Of a stretch of 47,519 bases of DNA, positions 38,503-47,519 are shown in pieces (position 1 is the stretch's first letter; each line of letters begins with the position of its first letter). The stretch lies in assembly GCA_031416075.1 (NCBI GenBank), contig JANOSY010000058.1, positions 1-47,519 of the forward strand, read 5' to 3'. This stretch comes from Candidatus Tenderia sp. (lineage in GTDB: Bacteria > Pseudomonadota > Gammaproteobacteria > Tenderiales > Tenderiaceae). Below the pieces are notes generated by a model, which saw only the letters and a program-made list of their open reading frames with translations, was not told where the DNA came from and searched no databases. Both the position numbers and the translations under genes were made by a program.

Positions 38503-39944
38503 AAAGTCGCCATTCCCTACTGATCGGCACCGCCTTTGGCGCGCTGTTACCGCTGCTGACTGTCAATGCTGCCGAGGTTGACTACAGCCATACCGCAACC
38601 ACCACCCTTGGCCACGCCCTCCATCTGGCCGCTGACGGAGATGACTTGGCGGCCGTCGCCACGCTGTTAATGGCCGACAAAAAAGGCAGCTCCGAACCAG
38701 AAAGTGATGCCAGCCGTTTTTATATCGCCGAGACCTTACGCAGCCGCGGCGTGATGGATGAGGCCAGCCGTTATTATCTGGCAGTCGCCAATGACGCTAG
38801 TGCCAAACAGCATCTACGCGATGTTGCCTGGCTCACTTACGCCAAAATACGGCATGAGCAAGGTAACCACACTGGCGCACTGGCAGCACTGCAAAACATC
38901 AAAAAGAGTCTCAGCGATACACAAAAGGGCGACTTTGCCATGATCAAGGCCCATGCGCTGTTGACCGCTGGCAAACCCCAAGAGGCGGTGGACGCCGTGC
39001 CTGGCAATCTAAAACATGACAGCCAGTGGGCGCTTTATCAACGCTACAATCTGGGAAGCCTGCTTCTGGGAGAGCAGAACAATAAGTTTGGTGCCGCCAT
39101 ATTACATACCCTCAGCGAGATTGATAGCCGTAAAAACCCTGAACTGGCGGCGCTAAAAGATCAGGCCAATCTGGCACTTGGCTACTCACTACTGAAAATC
39201 AGCAAGGCCAGCAAGGCACGCAGCTATCTACAGCAGGTACGCATCAATAACCTGCTGTCTAACATGGCGCTGCTGGGAATGGGCTGGAGCTACGCCATCG
39301 AACAGAATCACGAAAAAGCGCTGGTCTACTGGTTGGAACTGGAGAGCCGCCCGCTCAAAAGCACCTACCAATATGAGGCGTCACTCGCCATCCCCTACGC
39401 ATTTGGCCAAGCCCGTGCCTTCAACCAGTCCATCAACTATTACAAGACCGCACTAAACCGCTTTGAAGGTGATTCCGCCGCAATGAACGCGGCCAAAGAC
39501 GCACTTGGCAGTACCGGTCTTGCGACCCTCATCAATGGCAACAGTGGCGATGAGTTTGCCTGGGTCAATGGCTGGCAGCCTGCTGCCAACACCCCCGAAA
39601 CAGCATTTCTACCACTATTTATGGATAGCCCCAACTTTCAACAGGCGCTAAAAACATATCGTACCCTGCTGGCGCTCAACAACTACGTTGCCAGCATCAA
39701 GGGTGAGATTGTTGCTTACGAAACCAGAAGCAACTCAACTGCACCGGAACTGCATCAGCAACATCAACAGCTGACTGACAATGTTGACCGGGCAATCCAG
39801 GCGCAGCTGACCACCCTGCAACAGCTGGCTATCGATACTCTTACCGGCTACCAGAACCAGTTGGGGCAGTACCTGCAGCAGGCCCGCTTTGGCATGGCCC
39901 AGATCATCGAACAAGCCACTCAGAACAAGGGCGGAAAGCAGTGA
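38499..39944 (+). CDS. Periplasmic TPR protein (GltC-like by position)
   Basis: Signal peptide; TPR helices, LKDQANLALGY, ALLGMGW; C-terminal coiled coil ending QARFGMAQI. Confidence 0.78.
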   Translation: MKSRHSLLIGTAFGALLPLLTVNAAEVDYSHTATTTLGHALHLAADGDDLAAVATLLMADKKGSSEPESDASRFYIAETLRSRGVMDEASRYYLAVANDASAKQHLRDVAWLTYAKIRHEQGNHTGALAALQNIKKSLSDTQKGDFAMIKAHALLTAGKPQEAVDAVPGNLKHDSQWALYQRYNLGSLLLGEQNNKFGAAILHTLSEIDSRKNPELAALKDQANLALGYSLLKISKASKARSYLQQVRINNLLSNMALLGMGWSYAIEQNHEKALVYWLELESRPLKSTYQYEASLAIPYAFGQARAFNQSINYYKTALNRFEGDSAAMNAAKDALGSTGLATLINGNSGDEFAWVNGWQPAANTPETAFLPLFMDSPNFQQALKTYRTLLALNNYVASIKGEIVAYETRSNSTAPELHQQHQQLTDNVDRAIQAQLTTLQQLAIDTLTGYQNQLGQYLQQARFGMAQIIEQATQNKGGKQ

Positions 39945-42754
39945 GTCGTCACCCCCTTTACCTGTCCGCACTGGTCACCCTGCTTGTTGGCTGCAGCACT
40001 GCCAAACAGGGGCCAACCCTCGAAAGTCTGTCGCAACGTACCGTTGAGATCGAGCGCAACGTTACCCTGAATGTTGATAGCAATATTGCCATTAACGCCT
40101 ACGAGAGTGTTGCCACCGACGATAGCTCAACACTCAACGTCAAGGCCATGCACCGCCTGGCCGATGCCGAGATGAAACAGATTGGCGAGTTGATGGAGGC
40201 GGGCCAGAAAGTAGATGAACAGCGTTTTGAAAAACCCATTAAATGGTACCTGGAAGTACTCAAGCGCGAACCGCAATACCCACATCGGGAAGAAGTGCTT
40301 TACCAACTGGCCCGTGCCTACGAACAGAGTGGTGATGGCAATAAATCGATCAAGGCACTGCAGATACTCAGCCGTGACTACCCCCGCTCACCACGTGCGG
40401 CCGAAGCCAGCTTCCGCCGCGCCGAAGTGCTGTTCCAGGAGCAGCGCTTCCGCGAGGCGGAGACCAGCTACGCCGACGTAATCGCCTCAAGCCAAAACAC
40501 CCCCTACTACGAACAGTCCCTCTTCAAATATGCCTGGGCGATATATAAACAGGATCGCTGCGTCGACTCACTCGACGCCTTTTTTGTGTTGCTGGACCGC
40601 AAACTCAACCGCAACCTAACACCAACAGAGCTGGAGGAGCTGGCCTTCCTGTCACGCGCTGACCGTGAGCTGCTGGAAGACTCCTTCCGCGCCATTAACC
40701 TCTGCATCGCCACCGAAGGGGGGGGTAAGGCACTTAACGTCTATCTATCCAACAAACAGCCCCGTGTTTACGAATTTCTGGTCTATCAAAAACTGGCCGA
40801 ACACAATCTGAAACAGCAGCTCGATCTGGAAGCGGCCAAGGCCTACAGCGCATTCTGGGATCGTGCCCCCTGGCACCCTTACGCCATCCTGTTTCAAGAC
40901 AAGGCCATCGAGATCTACACCCGGCTGGGCAACAAAGAGCAGACCATCCCCGCCAAGATAGAGTTTGTGGAGCATTATGGTGCTCTTGAAGAGCGCTGGC
41001 AGAACAACGAACACAGCAACTATTTTGAGTACCTGATCCGTAGTGACAAGGAGCTGCGTAACACGCTGCAGCACAAACTGGCCCTCCATCTTGGCGACAT
41101 CACCGGCCACTACCACGCCGCAGCACAAAACAGCAAAGCCGCGTTTGACTACAAAAATGCCATCCTCTGGTACCGCACCTCTCTGCGCCTTCTGCCTGAT
41201 GCGGAAAAATCGGCGGAGACAAACATGCATCTGGCAGATGCACTTTTTGAGAGCGGCGACTACCAGAACGCCGCCATCGAGTATGAAAAAACAGCCTATA
41301 ACTATGGCACCCATGGGCGGGCTGCCGACGCCGGTTACGCCGCACTCACTGCCCATGAAAAACTACATCAGACCACCAAGGGGGGGGGGCACTGGGACAA
41401 TACCATCACCCAGAGCGCCCTCAGTTTTGCCCGCCTCTTCCCACGTGACGTCCGTGTTGCCGAGGTCTTGGCACGTGCCGCCGACGAACTCTATCAGGCC
41501 AAACAGTACTCACAGGCCATCAAGGCGGCGGAAAGTGTCATGAGCCGCTACTCCAGCTCCAACCAGTCAACCAAACGCACCGCCTTAATGGTCCTGGCCA
41601 ACACCCAGTTTGAGCAACAGAAATATGAGGTTGCCGAGCTCTTTTACCTGGAACTGCAAGCCCTGCTCAGCAGCAACGACCCGCTCAAAAATGATATTGA
41701 TGAACGTATCGCTGCCTGCATCTACAAACAGGCCGAACACTTCCGCGCCAAGGGGGTCATTCGCAGCACCATCGAACAGTTCCAGCGGCTAATCACCTCC
41801 GTACCCCACTCCTCGGTACGCCCGGTTGCCGAATTTGATATTGCCACACTCTATATTCAGGTAAACGAGTGGGAGCAGGCGATCAAGGCCCTGGAGGCCT
41901 TTAAGAAAAACTTCCCTAACCACGCCCTGGTGAAAGATGCCAACGAAAAGATTGCCATCGGCTACCTGAAACTGAACCGGCCGCTGGAAGCCGCAACCGC
42001 GCTGGAGGGAATCAGCCGGGAGATGAGTCCCGAGGCCCAGCGTGAAGCCTACTGGAAAGTGGCCGAACTCTACGAAGAGGCGGGGGAGCTGACAAAAGCA
42101 GCCACCAGTTTCCAACGTTACGCCGAGACCTTCCGCACACCGCTTGAGCCGGCGGTTGAGGCGCTCTACAGAAGCGCCCTGGTCTACCGCAAACAGAAAC
42201 AGGAAAACCACTACTTCACCCAGATGGAGAAGATCTATCTGGCCGACCAGGGCGGTGGCGCTGAACGTACCCAGCGTACCCGCTATCTGGCCGCCAAGGG
42301 GACCTTTGAACTGGCCGAACCACACTTCCAGCGTTATGCCGAAGTGAAACTAGTAGAGCCCATCCGCAAAAACATGGAGCTGAAAAATGGCCTCATGAAA
42401 CGTGCGCTGACCGCCTATAACAAGACCGCCGAAATCGGTGTGGCCGAATTCACCGTCGCCGCCACTTACCGAATCGCCGACATGTATGCCGACTTCAGCC
42501 GCAAGCTAATGGACTCTGAACGCCCCGCCGACCTGAATAGCGAAGAGCTCGAACAGTACGAACTGATGCTGGAAGAGCAAGCCTTCCCCTTCGAAGAGAA
42601 GGCGATCGGCCTGCACGAAGCCAACATCAAACGCCTGCATGAGGGGGTTTACAACGAATGGAGCGCCAAGAGCATCGCCGCTTTGGCAAAACTGATGCCG
42701 GCACGCTACTCGAGGATGGAACGCCATGACATTGCCGCGCCCACACCACAATAG
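39941..42754 (+). CDS. Large TPR lipoprotein (GltD/AgmU-like)
   Basis: Lipobox LLVGC; many TPRs; C-terminal SERP..L..EELEQY..MLEEQAFPFEEKAI..HE.N. Confidence 0.82.
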   Translation: MSRHPLYLSALVTLLVGCSTAKQGPTLESLSQRTVEIERNVTLNVDSNIAINAYESVATDDSSTLNVKAMHRLADAEMKQIGELMEAGQKVDEQRFEKPIKWYLEVLKREPQYPHREEVLYQLARAYEQSGDGNKSIKALQILSRDYPRSPRAAEASFRRAEVLFQEQRFREAETSYADVIASSQNTPYYEQSLFKYAWAIYKQDRCVDSLDAFFVLLDRKLNRNLTPTELEELAFLSRADRELLEDSFRAINLCIATEGGGKALNVYLSNKQPRVYEFLVYQKLAEHNLKQQLDLEAAKAYSAFWDRAPWHPYAILFQDKAIEIYTRLGNKEQTIPAKIEFVEHYGALEERWQNNEHSNYFEYLIRSDKELRNTLQHKLALHLGDITGHYHAAAQNSKAAFDYKNAILWYRTSLRLLPDAEKSAETNMHLADALFESGDYQNAAIEYEKTAYNYGTHGRAADAGYAALTAHEKLHQTTKGGGHWDNTITQSALSFARLFPRDVRVAEVLARAADELYQAKQYSQAIKAAESVMSRYSSSNQSTKRTALMVLANTQFEQQKYEVAELFYLELQALLSSNDPLKNDIDERIAACIYKQAEHFRAKGVIRSTIEQFQRLITSVPHSSVRPVAEFDIATLYIQVNEWEQAIKALEAFKKNFPNHALVKDANEKIAIGYLKLNRPLEAATALEGISREMSPEAQREAYWKVAELYEEAGELTKAATSFQRYAETFRTPLEPAVEALYRSALVYRKQKQENHYFTQMEKIYLADQGGGAERTQRTRYLAAKGTFELAEPHFQRYAEVKLVEPIRKNMELKNGLMKRALTAYNKTAEIGVAEFTVAATYRIADMYADFSRKLMDSERPADLNSEELEQYELMLEEQAFPFEEKAIGLHEANIKRLHEGVYNEWSAKSIAALAKLMPARYSRMERHDIAAPTPQ

Positions 42755-43358
42755 ACTGCTCGCCTTGGGCGCTGCACTCACACTGCTACTCACAGGCTGT
42801 GGTGGCAATACCAGTGCCGTGCGCCCGGCAGAGGTCAACCCTGTTATTAGCCAACAAAATATGGCCACCACCCACACCAGCCTCGATACTCAGGGCCAGT
42901 CCGACTACATGATGGCCGTCAACAGCTACAAAAACAGCAATCTGAAAACCGCAGAGACGATGTTTTTAGCCATGACCCAGACACACCCCGAACTGGCCGG
43001 CCCCCATGCCAATCTGGGCATGATCTACAACACTCAGGGCGAGAGCGGTAAAGCGGAAGTCGCCTTTAACCAAGCGCTCACTCTTAAATCGGACATGCCC
43101 GAAGTCTATAACCAGCTGGCCATCCTCCAACGTAACAAGGGTGAATTTAATAAGGCGCTGCAAAGCTATCAGGCTGGACTCAAAGTCGCCCCGGACAACC
43201 CTAACCTCCTGATCAACCTCGGCATCCTCTACGACCTCTACCTCAATCAGCCACAAGAGGCACTGAAGCTATGGCAACGTTACAAAGCCATATCCGGGGA
43301 AGATAAACAGGTAGACACCTGGATTGCCGACATCAACCAGCGGAGTATCAGTCAATGA
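42726..43358 (+). CDS. TPR lipoprotein (GltE/AglT-like)
   Basis: Lipobox LLTGC; TPRs ANLG, YNQLAI and NLGILYDLYL. Confidence 0.82.
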   Translation: MTLPRPHHNRLLALGAALTLLLTGCGGNTSAVRPAEVNPVISQQNMATTHTSLDTQGQSDYMMAVNSYKNSNLKTAETMFLAMTQTHPELAGPHANLGMIYNTQGESGKAEVAFNQALTLKSDMPEVYNQLAILQRNKGEFNKALQSYQAGLKVAPDNPNLLINLGILYDLYLNQPQEALKLWQRYKAISGEDKQVDTWIADINQRSISQ

Positions 43359-43636
43359 TACGGACAGCGGTTGCACTCATCCTGTTAATGATCCTCTCCG
43401 CCGCCGCACAGGCGGAGGTAGAGCTCCAGTCCCAAGGCATGACCGTCTTTGGCCAGAGCGAACTGCCCAAAGTGCTCTACATCGTGCCGTGGAAACATAA
43501 AGAGCTACCCAATATTGAACAGCCCCAAACCATCAGTTTAAGTAACGACATGCTGACGCCATTGAAACCAGAGATCTTTGAACGGCAGGTGCGCTACTAC
43601 GAGATGATGATGCAACGCATTCAAAAGCAACAATAA
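43355..43636 (+). CDS. Small exported protein (GltF-like by size and position)
   Basis: Signal peptide; G.SELPKVLYIVPWK motif. Confidence 0.72.
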   Translation: MIRTAVALILLMILSAAAQAEVELQSQGMTVFGQSELPKVLYIVPWKHKELPNIEQPQTISLSNDMLTPLKPEIFERQVRYYEMMMQRIQKQQ

Positions 43637-43708
43637 AAACAAAAATTACAGTATCATTGCCCTGTTAATCTACCCCGCTCTCATGTCAAAGGTTTCAAGG
43701 AGACTTTA

Positions 43709-44374
43709 ATGGATGGTTTTAGCTCAATAGCCCGTTTCTTTCAGGAAGGTGGCTTTTTCATGTATTTGATACTGCTAGTCACCTCGGTCGGTATTGCCAT
43801 TGCGGTGGAACGGTTTATCTATCTGCGCAAGGCCGACGCCAGCAGCCGCAAGCTCTGGGACGCCGTCGCCCCGCTAGTACAAAGCAACAATATCGAGCAG
43901 GCCATCACCATCACCAATGAGTCCGATGCCGTCATGGGCAACATGCTGGCCTACGGCCTGGCGCGCGTCAAAGACCGCGCCGAACATCGAGATGAGATCG
44001 AAACGGCCATGGAAGAAGGGCTAATGGAGGCAATTTCCAAGATCGAAAAACGGACTCACTACCTCTCGACACTCGCCAACGTGGCGATGCTGCTCGGTCT
44101 ACTCGGTACGGTCGCCGGCCTAATCGAGGCCTTCGGTGCCGTCGCTCACGCCGAGCCGTCAGAAAAAGCTGAACTACTCTCTGCCGCCATCGCCGTCGGT
44201 ATGAACGCCACCGCCTTCGGCCTCGGCAGCGCCATTCCATTGATGCTGCTCTACTCCGTCCTCCAGAGCAAAACCACCTCGCTGGTGGATCACCTGGAAA
44301 TGGCGGCCGTGAAGTTCCTCAACCTGCTCCACACCGCCAATAAAGGCGGCAACAAGAGTGGAAAAGGTGTATGA
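43709..44374 (+). CDS. MotA/TolQ/ExbB proton-channel protein (AglR-like)
   Basis: Three TMs; ANVAMLLGLLGTVAGLIEAF and AVGMNATAFGL. Confidence 0.92.
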   Translation: MDGFSSIARFFQEGGFFMYLILLVTSVGIAIAVERFIYLRKADASSRKLWDAVAPLVQSNNIEQAITITNESDAVMGNMLAYGLARVKDRAEHRDEIETAMEEGLMEAISKIEKRTHYLSTLANVAMLLGLLGTVAGLIEAFGAVAHAEPSEKAELLSAAIAVGMNATAFGLGSAIPLMLLYSVLQSKTTSLVDHLEMAAVKFLNLLHTANKGGNKSGKGV

Positions 44375-44868
44375 GAAGTCGGCTTCGCCGCCGGGGCCAT
44401 GAGACCCCCGATATTGATGTAACCTCCTTCATCAATCTGATGGTGGTCTTGGTGACCTATTTTTTGGGGTCGGCGGCCTATTTTCAGAACAGCGTACTAG
44501 AACTCAACATCCCCTCTGCCGTCACCAGCGCGGCCAATCCCAGCGAGGCGCTGCAACTCGAGGTGATCATCCGCAAGGATTCGCTTGATGTCAGCGACCG
44601 CCGTGGCGGCCTGATCCAGCGTATCAGCAACAAGGATGGCGCCTACGATTTCAAAGGACTCAACGAGATCCTGAAACAGCTCAAGGTACGTTTCCCCGAC
44701 AAGATGGACGCCACCGTTCTCTCCGAGTTTGACACACCGTATCAGGTACTGGTGAGCACCATGGATGCCACGCGCACCTTCAGTGTCGTCTCGGCCGATT
44801 CAGTCAGATTTGGCGACCTGTTTCCCGAGATCTCCCTGGGTGATGCGTCAGAAAGGAAGCAGCCATGA
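44371..44868 (+). CDS. ExbD/TolR-family protein (TM Asp replaced by Asn)
   Basis: IDVTSFINLMVVL single TM; PY..LV..MDA.R; LFPEISL. Confidence 0.88.
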   Translation: MRSRLRRRGHETPDIDVTSFINLMVVLVTYFLGSAAYFQNSVLELNIPSAVTSAANPSEALQLEVIIRKDSLDVSDRRGGLIQRISNKDGAYDFKGLNEILKQLKVRFPDKMDATVLSEFDTPYQVLVSTMDATRTFSVVSADSVRFGDLFPEISLGDASERKQP

Positions 44869-45365
44869 AGATGTCGCGGCGCGCCAAGCGCATGGACCGC
44901 CACCACCACCGCAAGACTGAAGCCACCATCAGTCTGGTGCCGATGATCGACCTGCTGACAGTATTGGTCTTTTTCCTGCTGGTAAATGCTGGCAATGTCC
45001 AGAACACCCCCAGCATCAAGAGCCTGAAACTGCCTGAATCGAGCGCCAAGGTCGCCCCCAGAGAGACCGTTATGATCGTTGTCACCAGCCAGGAGATCAT
45101 CATCGAAGGACGCCGGGTGGCCGCCGCCGCAGAGGTGATCAAGGCGCAGGGCGAGTCAATTCCGGCATTGGTGGACGAACTACGCTATCAGGCACAACGC
45201 ACCAGAGACAGCAAGAGCACGACGGCATCACCTGGCGAAATCACCATCATGGGTGATCAAGCGATCCCCTACGAACTCCTGAAAAAGATCATAGTGAGCA
45301 GCACCCAGGCTGAGTACAGCAAGATCTCCCTGGCCGTTAACACCAAGAGCACGAAGGCAGAATAA
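44865..45365 (+). CDS. ExbD/TolR-family protein
   Basis: LVPMIDLLTVLVFFLL; LKLPES; I.GD..IPY.LLKKI. Confidence 0.9.
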   Translation: MKMSRRAKRMDRHHHRKTEATISLVPMIDLLTVLVFFLLVNAGNVQNTPSIKSLKLPESSAKVAPRETVMIVVTSQEIIIEGRRVAAAAEVIKAQGESIPALVDELRYQAQRTRDSKSTTASPGEITIMGDQAIPYELLKKIIVSSTQAEYSKISLAVNTKSTKAE

Positions 45366-46405
45366 TGAATGCCACATTGATGATGCCAGTTCCCCAGATG
45401 AGCTGGGACCAGAATGACGCCGATGAACGCCGTTTTCGCATCATCAGCATTATCAGCATCCTGCTGGCCCTGCTGCTGGGAGCAACCCTCAACCTGGTCC
45501 ATGCCCCAGCCCCCGAGCGCCGCGATGAGGTGATACCTCCACACCTGGCGCAAATCATCATGGAGCGCAAAACAGAACCGCCCAAAATCGAACTCCCCAA
45601 ACCGGTAGAGCCGGAAAAGCTCAAACCGGAAGAGATTAAAAAAGAGTCCAAAAAGGCCGATGAGAAGCCTCAACCCAAGCCCGTGACGGCCAAACCTGAG
45701 CCAGTTGTGAGCGAACCACAACCACCGCAGCCACAGCCACAACAGCCCCAAGCAGAGGCGCCACGCGTTAAAAACGTTGAAGCGGCGCGGCAGAAGGCCG
45801 CCAGCTCAGGCGTATTGGCCATGAAAGATATGCTCGCCGACCTGCGTGAAGCTGAGCCTGCCCAAGCGATCCGGCAGCAATCGACCCAACAACTTCAAAG
45901 CGGTGGCAGCGAGGCCAGCGCGCCCAGCCGCTCAATCCTAACCGCCAAAGCCAGCAAGGGCAGCGGCGGCATCGACACCTCCAAATTCAGCCGTGATACC
46001 GGCGGCAGCACCGCACTGGCAGGGCACGAAACCACCACCGTTGTCAGCCGACTCGACACCCTGCCCGCCGCCCAGGCGCAAAAACGGGCAGAACAGGAAG
46101 CCCCCCAGACCAGAGGCCGCTCTGAGTCAGAGATACAAAGAACCATGGAGACCAGCAAAGGGGCCCTGTACAGCATCTACCAAAGGGCACTACGCCAAAA
46201 CCCCGCCATGCAGGGAAAAGTGGTCTTCAAGATCACCATCGCCGCCTCCGGCGAAGTAACAGAGTGCGATGTGGTCTCCTCAGAGCTGGGCGACCCGGAC
46301 CTGGAACGCAAACTGGCACTGCGCATCAAACGCATCGACTTCGGTGCCAAAAATGCCGAGACAACCAGCATCACCTACCCAATCGATTTCTTACCTAACC
46401 TTTAA
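45365..46405 (+). CDS. TonB-like energy transducer with AgmX/PglI (GltG)-type C-terminal domain
   Basis: Single TM, Pro/Lys/Glu/Gln-rich linker, C-terminal IYQRALRQNP.MQGKVV..ITI..SG.V...SSELGD..L...TYPIDF. Confidence 0.85.
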   Translation: MNATLMMPVPQMSWDQNDADERRFRIISIISILLALLLGATLNLVHAPAPERRDEVIPPHLAQIIMERKTEPPKIELPKPVEPEKLKPEEIKKESKKADEKPQPKPVTAKPEPVVSEPQPPQPQPQQPQAEAPRVKNVEAARQKAASSGVLAMKDMLADLREAEPAQAIRQQSTQQLQSGGSEASAPSRSILTAKASKGSGGIDTSKFSRDTGGSTALAGHETTTVVSRLDTLPAAQAQKRAEQEAPQTRGRSESEIQRTMETSKGALYSIYQRALRQNPAMQGKVVFKITIAASGEVTECDVVSSELGDPDLERKLALRIKRIDFGAKNAETTSITYPIDFLPNL

Positions 46406-46541
46406 GGCGGGTTAAATTGCACAAAAAAGCCGAACGTATACCTTTGGGTATATCCGGCATGATGCGAAGAGAGGAGCATGATGTGTTCTTCCGTAACATC
46501 GAAACAAGCATGACGGATCAGCTTTATATGCGAGCAAAATA

Positions 46542-47402
46542 ATGCGCATCACTGCAACTCAACTCACCGATTGGGCCAACACAAAGCCGGCTCAAACAGA
46601 CCTGCCTCGATTGATACGACGTTTATGTTTTGATGCCGTTACGACCCGCCAGATCGACTTCCCCTCAGGTGACTCAACATATAAACCAGGATGGGATGGA
46701 ACACTCTACAGCGAACGAAGCAACGCCTGGATTCCAGCAGGTGCTTCCTGCTGGGAAATGGGGTGTGACAAAGGAATAACCAGCAAGGCCAATGGCGAGT
46801 ACCAGAAGCGGATTAAGAAAACAGCAGAAGCCGAACGCCTAACCACAACGTTTGTTTTCATCACCCCCAGACGCTGGAGCACCAAATCCCGCTGGCTTAC
46901 TGAACAGCGCGCAAAGGCGGAGTGGGCCAATATCTTGGCTTTCGATGCCGATGACTTGGAGCAATGGCTTGAACAAACCCCGGCTGTCGCCCTGCAATTT
47001 GCAGAAGAGCTAGGACTCAGCGGCTGGGGTGTTGAAAGCCCTGAACGCTACTGGCAACTATGGTCACAACAGTGTTCCCCTGCGATTACCCCGGCGGCCT
47101 TTTTCGTTGACCGCATCCAGACAAGAGATCGGCTGATCGAAAAAATCAACGAGGCCCTGCGCCAGAATACACAAAGCACACTCACAGTAAGTGCCGACAG
47201 TCAGGAAGAGGCTACGGCTTTTGTGGTAGCCACCCTGAATGAACATCCTGAACTCGTGAGTTCCACACTCGTAGTAACAGCGCCAGAGGGTTGGCGATTT
47301 GTGGAAGCCAATCGCCAACTGCGAATTGCCATTGCCGCACGCACCGAGGTTGCGTCTAGCCCAACCCTCCGCGATGGTGTACTAGTGTACTGTAACAAAT
47401 AG
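46542..47402 (+). pseudogene. 5' part of a larger protein with a putative restriction-endonuclease-like N-terminal domain, apparently interrupted near 47384
   Basis: GWDG...WEMG...KA..EY.KR, FVFITPRRW, FDADDLEQWLE. The last codons (VYCNK-stop) are read from the putative IS end. Confidence 0.6.
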
Positions 47403-47519
47403 TGTGATCATATATAATAGCGCTACTCCTTCCTTATTTTCTGGTGCGCTGACTATGCCTGTCCCCGTTGCTATCTCACTCACAGAAGAAGAACGCCAAG
47501 AATTTCATCGCTGTTGTCG
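47385..47519 (+). mobile_element. Left end of an IS630-like insertion sequence (partial)
   Basis: Starts after TA in CTAG (47382-47385) with GTGTACTGTAACAAATAG. ORF from ATG 47455 (MPVPVAISLTEEERQEFHRCC...) resembles IS630 transposase N-termini and runs off the edge. Confidence 0.6.

Noticed and set aside
1-47519. CRISPR arrays, tRNA or rRNA genes, prophage genes
   Set aside because: None recognised; the spaced palindromes at the left end are attC sites separated by genes, not CRISPR repeats.

Overview
Chromosomal window from a gammaproteobacterium that is probably a sulfur-oxidising autotroph (sat, proteobacterial phosphoribulokinase). The left end (1-3570) is the proximal part of an integron cassette array read on the minus strand. 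It has three attC sites with matching core/inverse-core pairs and four cassettes: a partial GNAT-like gene, DUF1772, a complete type II restriction-modification pair, and a 63-aa ORF in inverted orientation. An attI-like site closes the array, but no intI gene lies beside it; instead there are a REP-like palindrome and what looks like the last ~34 codons of mfd. The 4-17 kb region holds four UPF0149/YecA-domain genes, small stress genes, a 158-bp IS5-type MITE, an osmC gene followed by a decayed attC, and glgP. The middle is housekeeping: amino-acid decarboxylase, hslVU-DUF971-ubiEJB, a diguanylate cyclase, sat, degQ, and a split class II RNR (nrdJab) with NrdR and DnaA boxes, a hairpin-rich leader and an inserted two-repeat ORF. 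The right end has prkB, a 9-gene TPR/ExbB/ExbD/ExbD/TonB-like operon resembling the myxobacterial Agl-Glt core, and a putative nuclease-domain gene cut by an IS630-like element at the edge. All family calls come from motif recognition by eye; no database searches were run.
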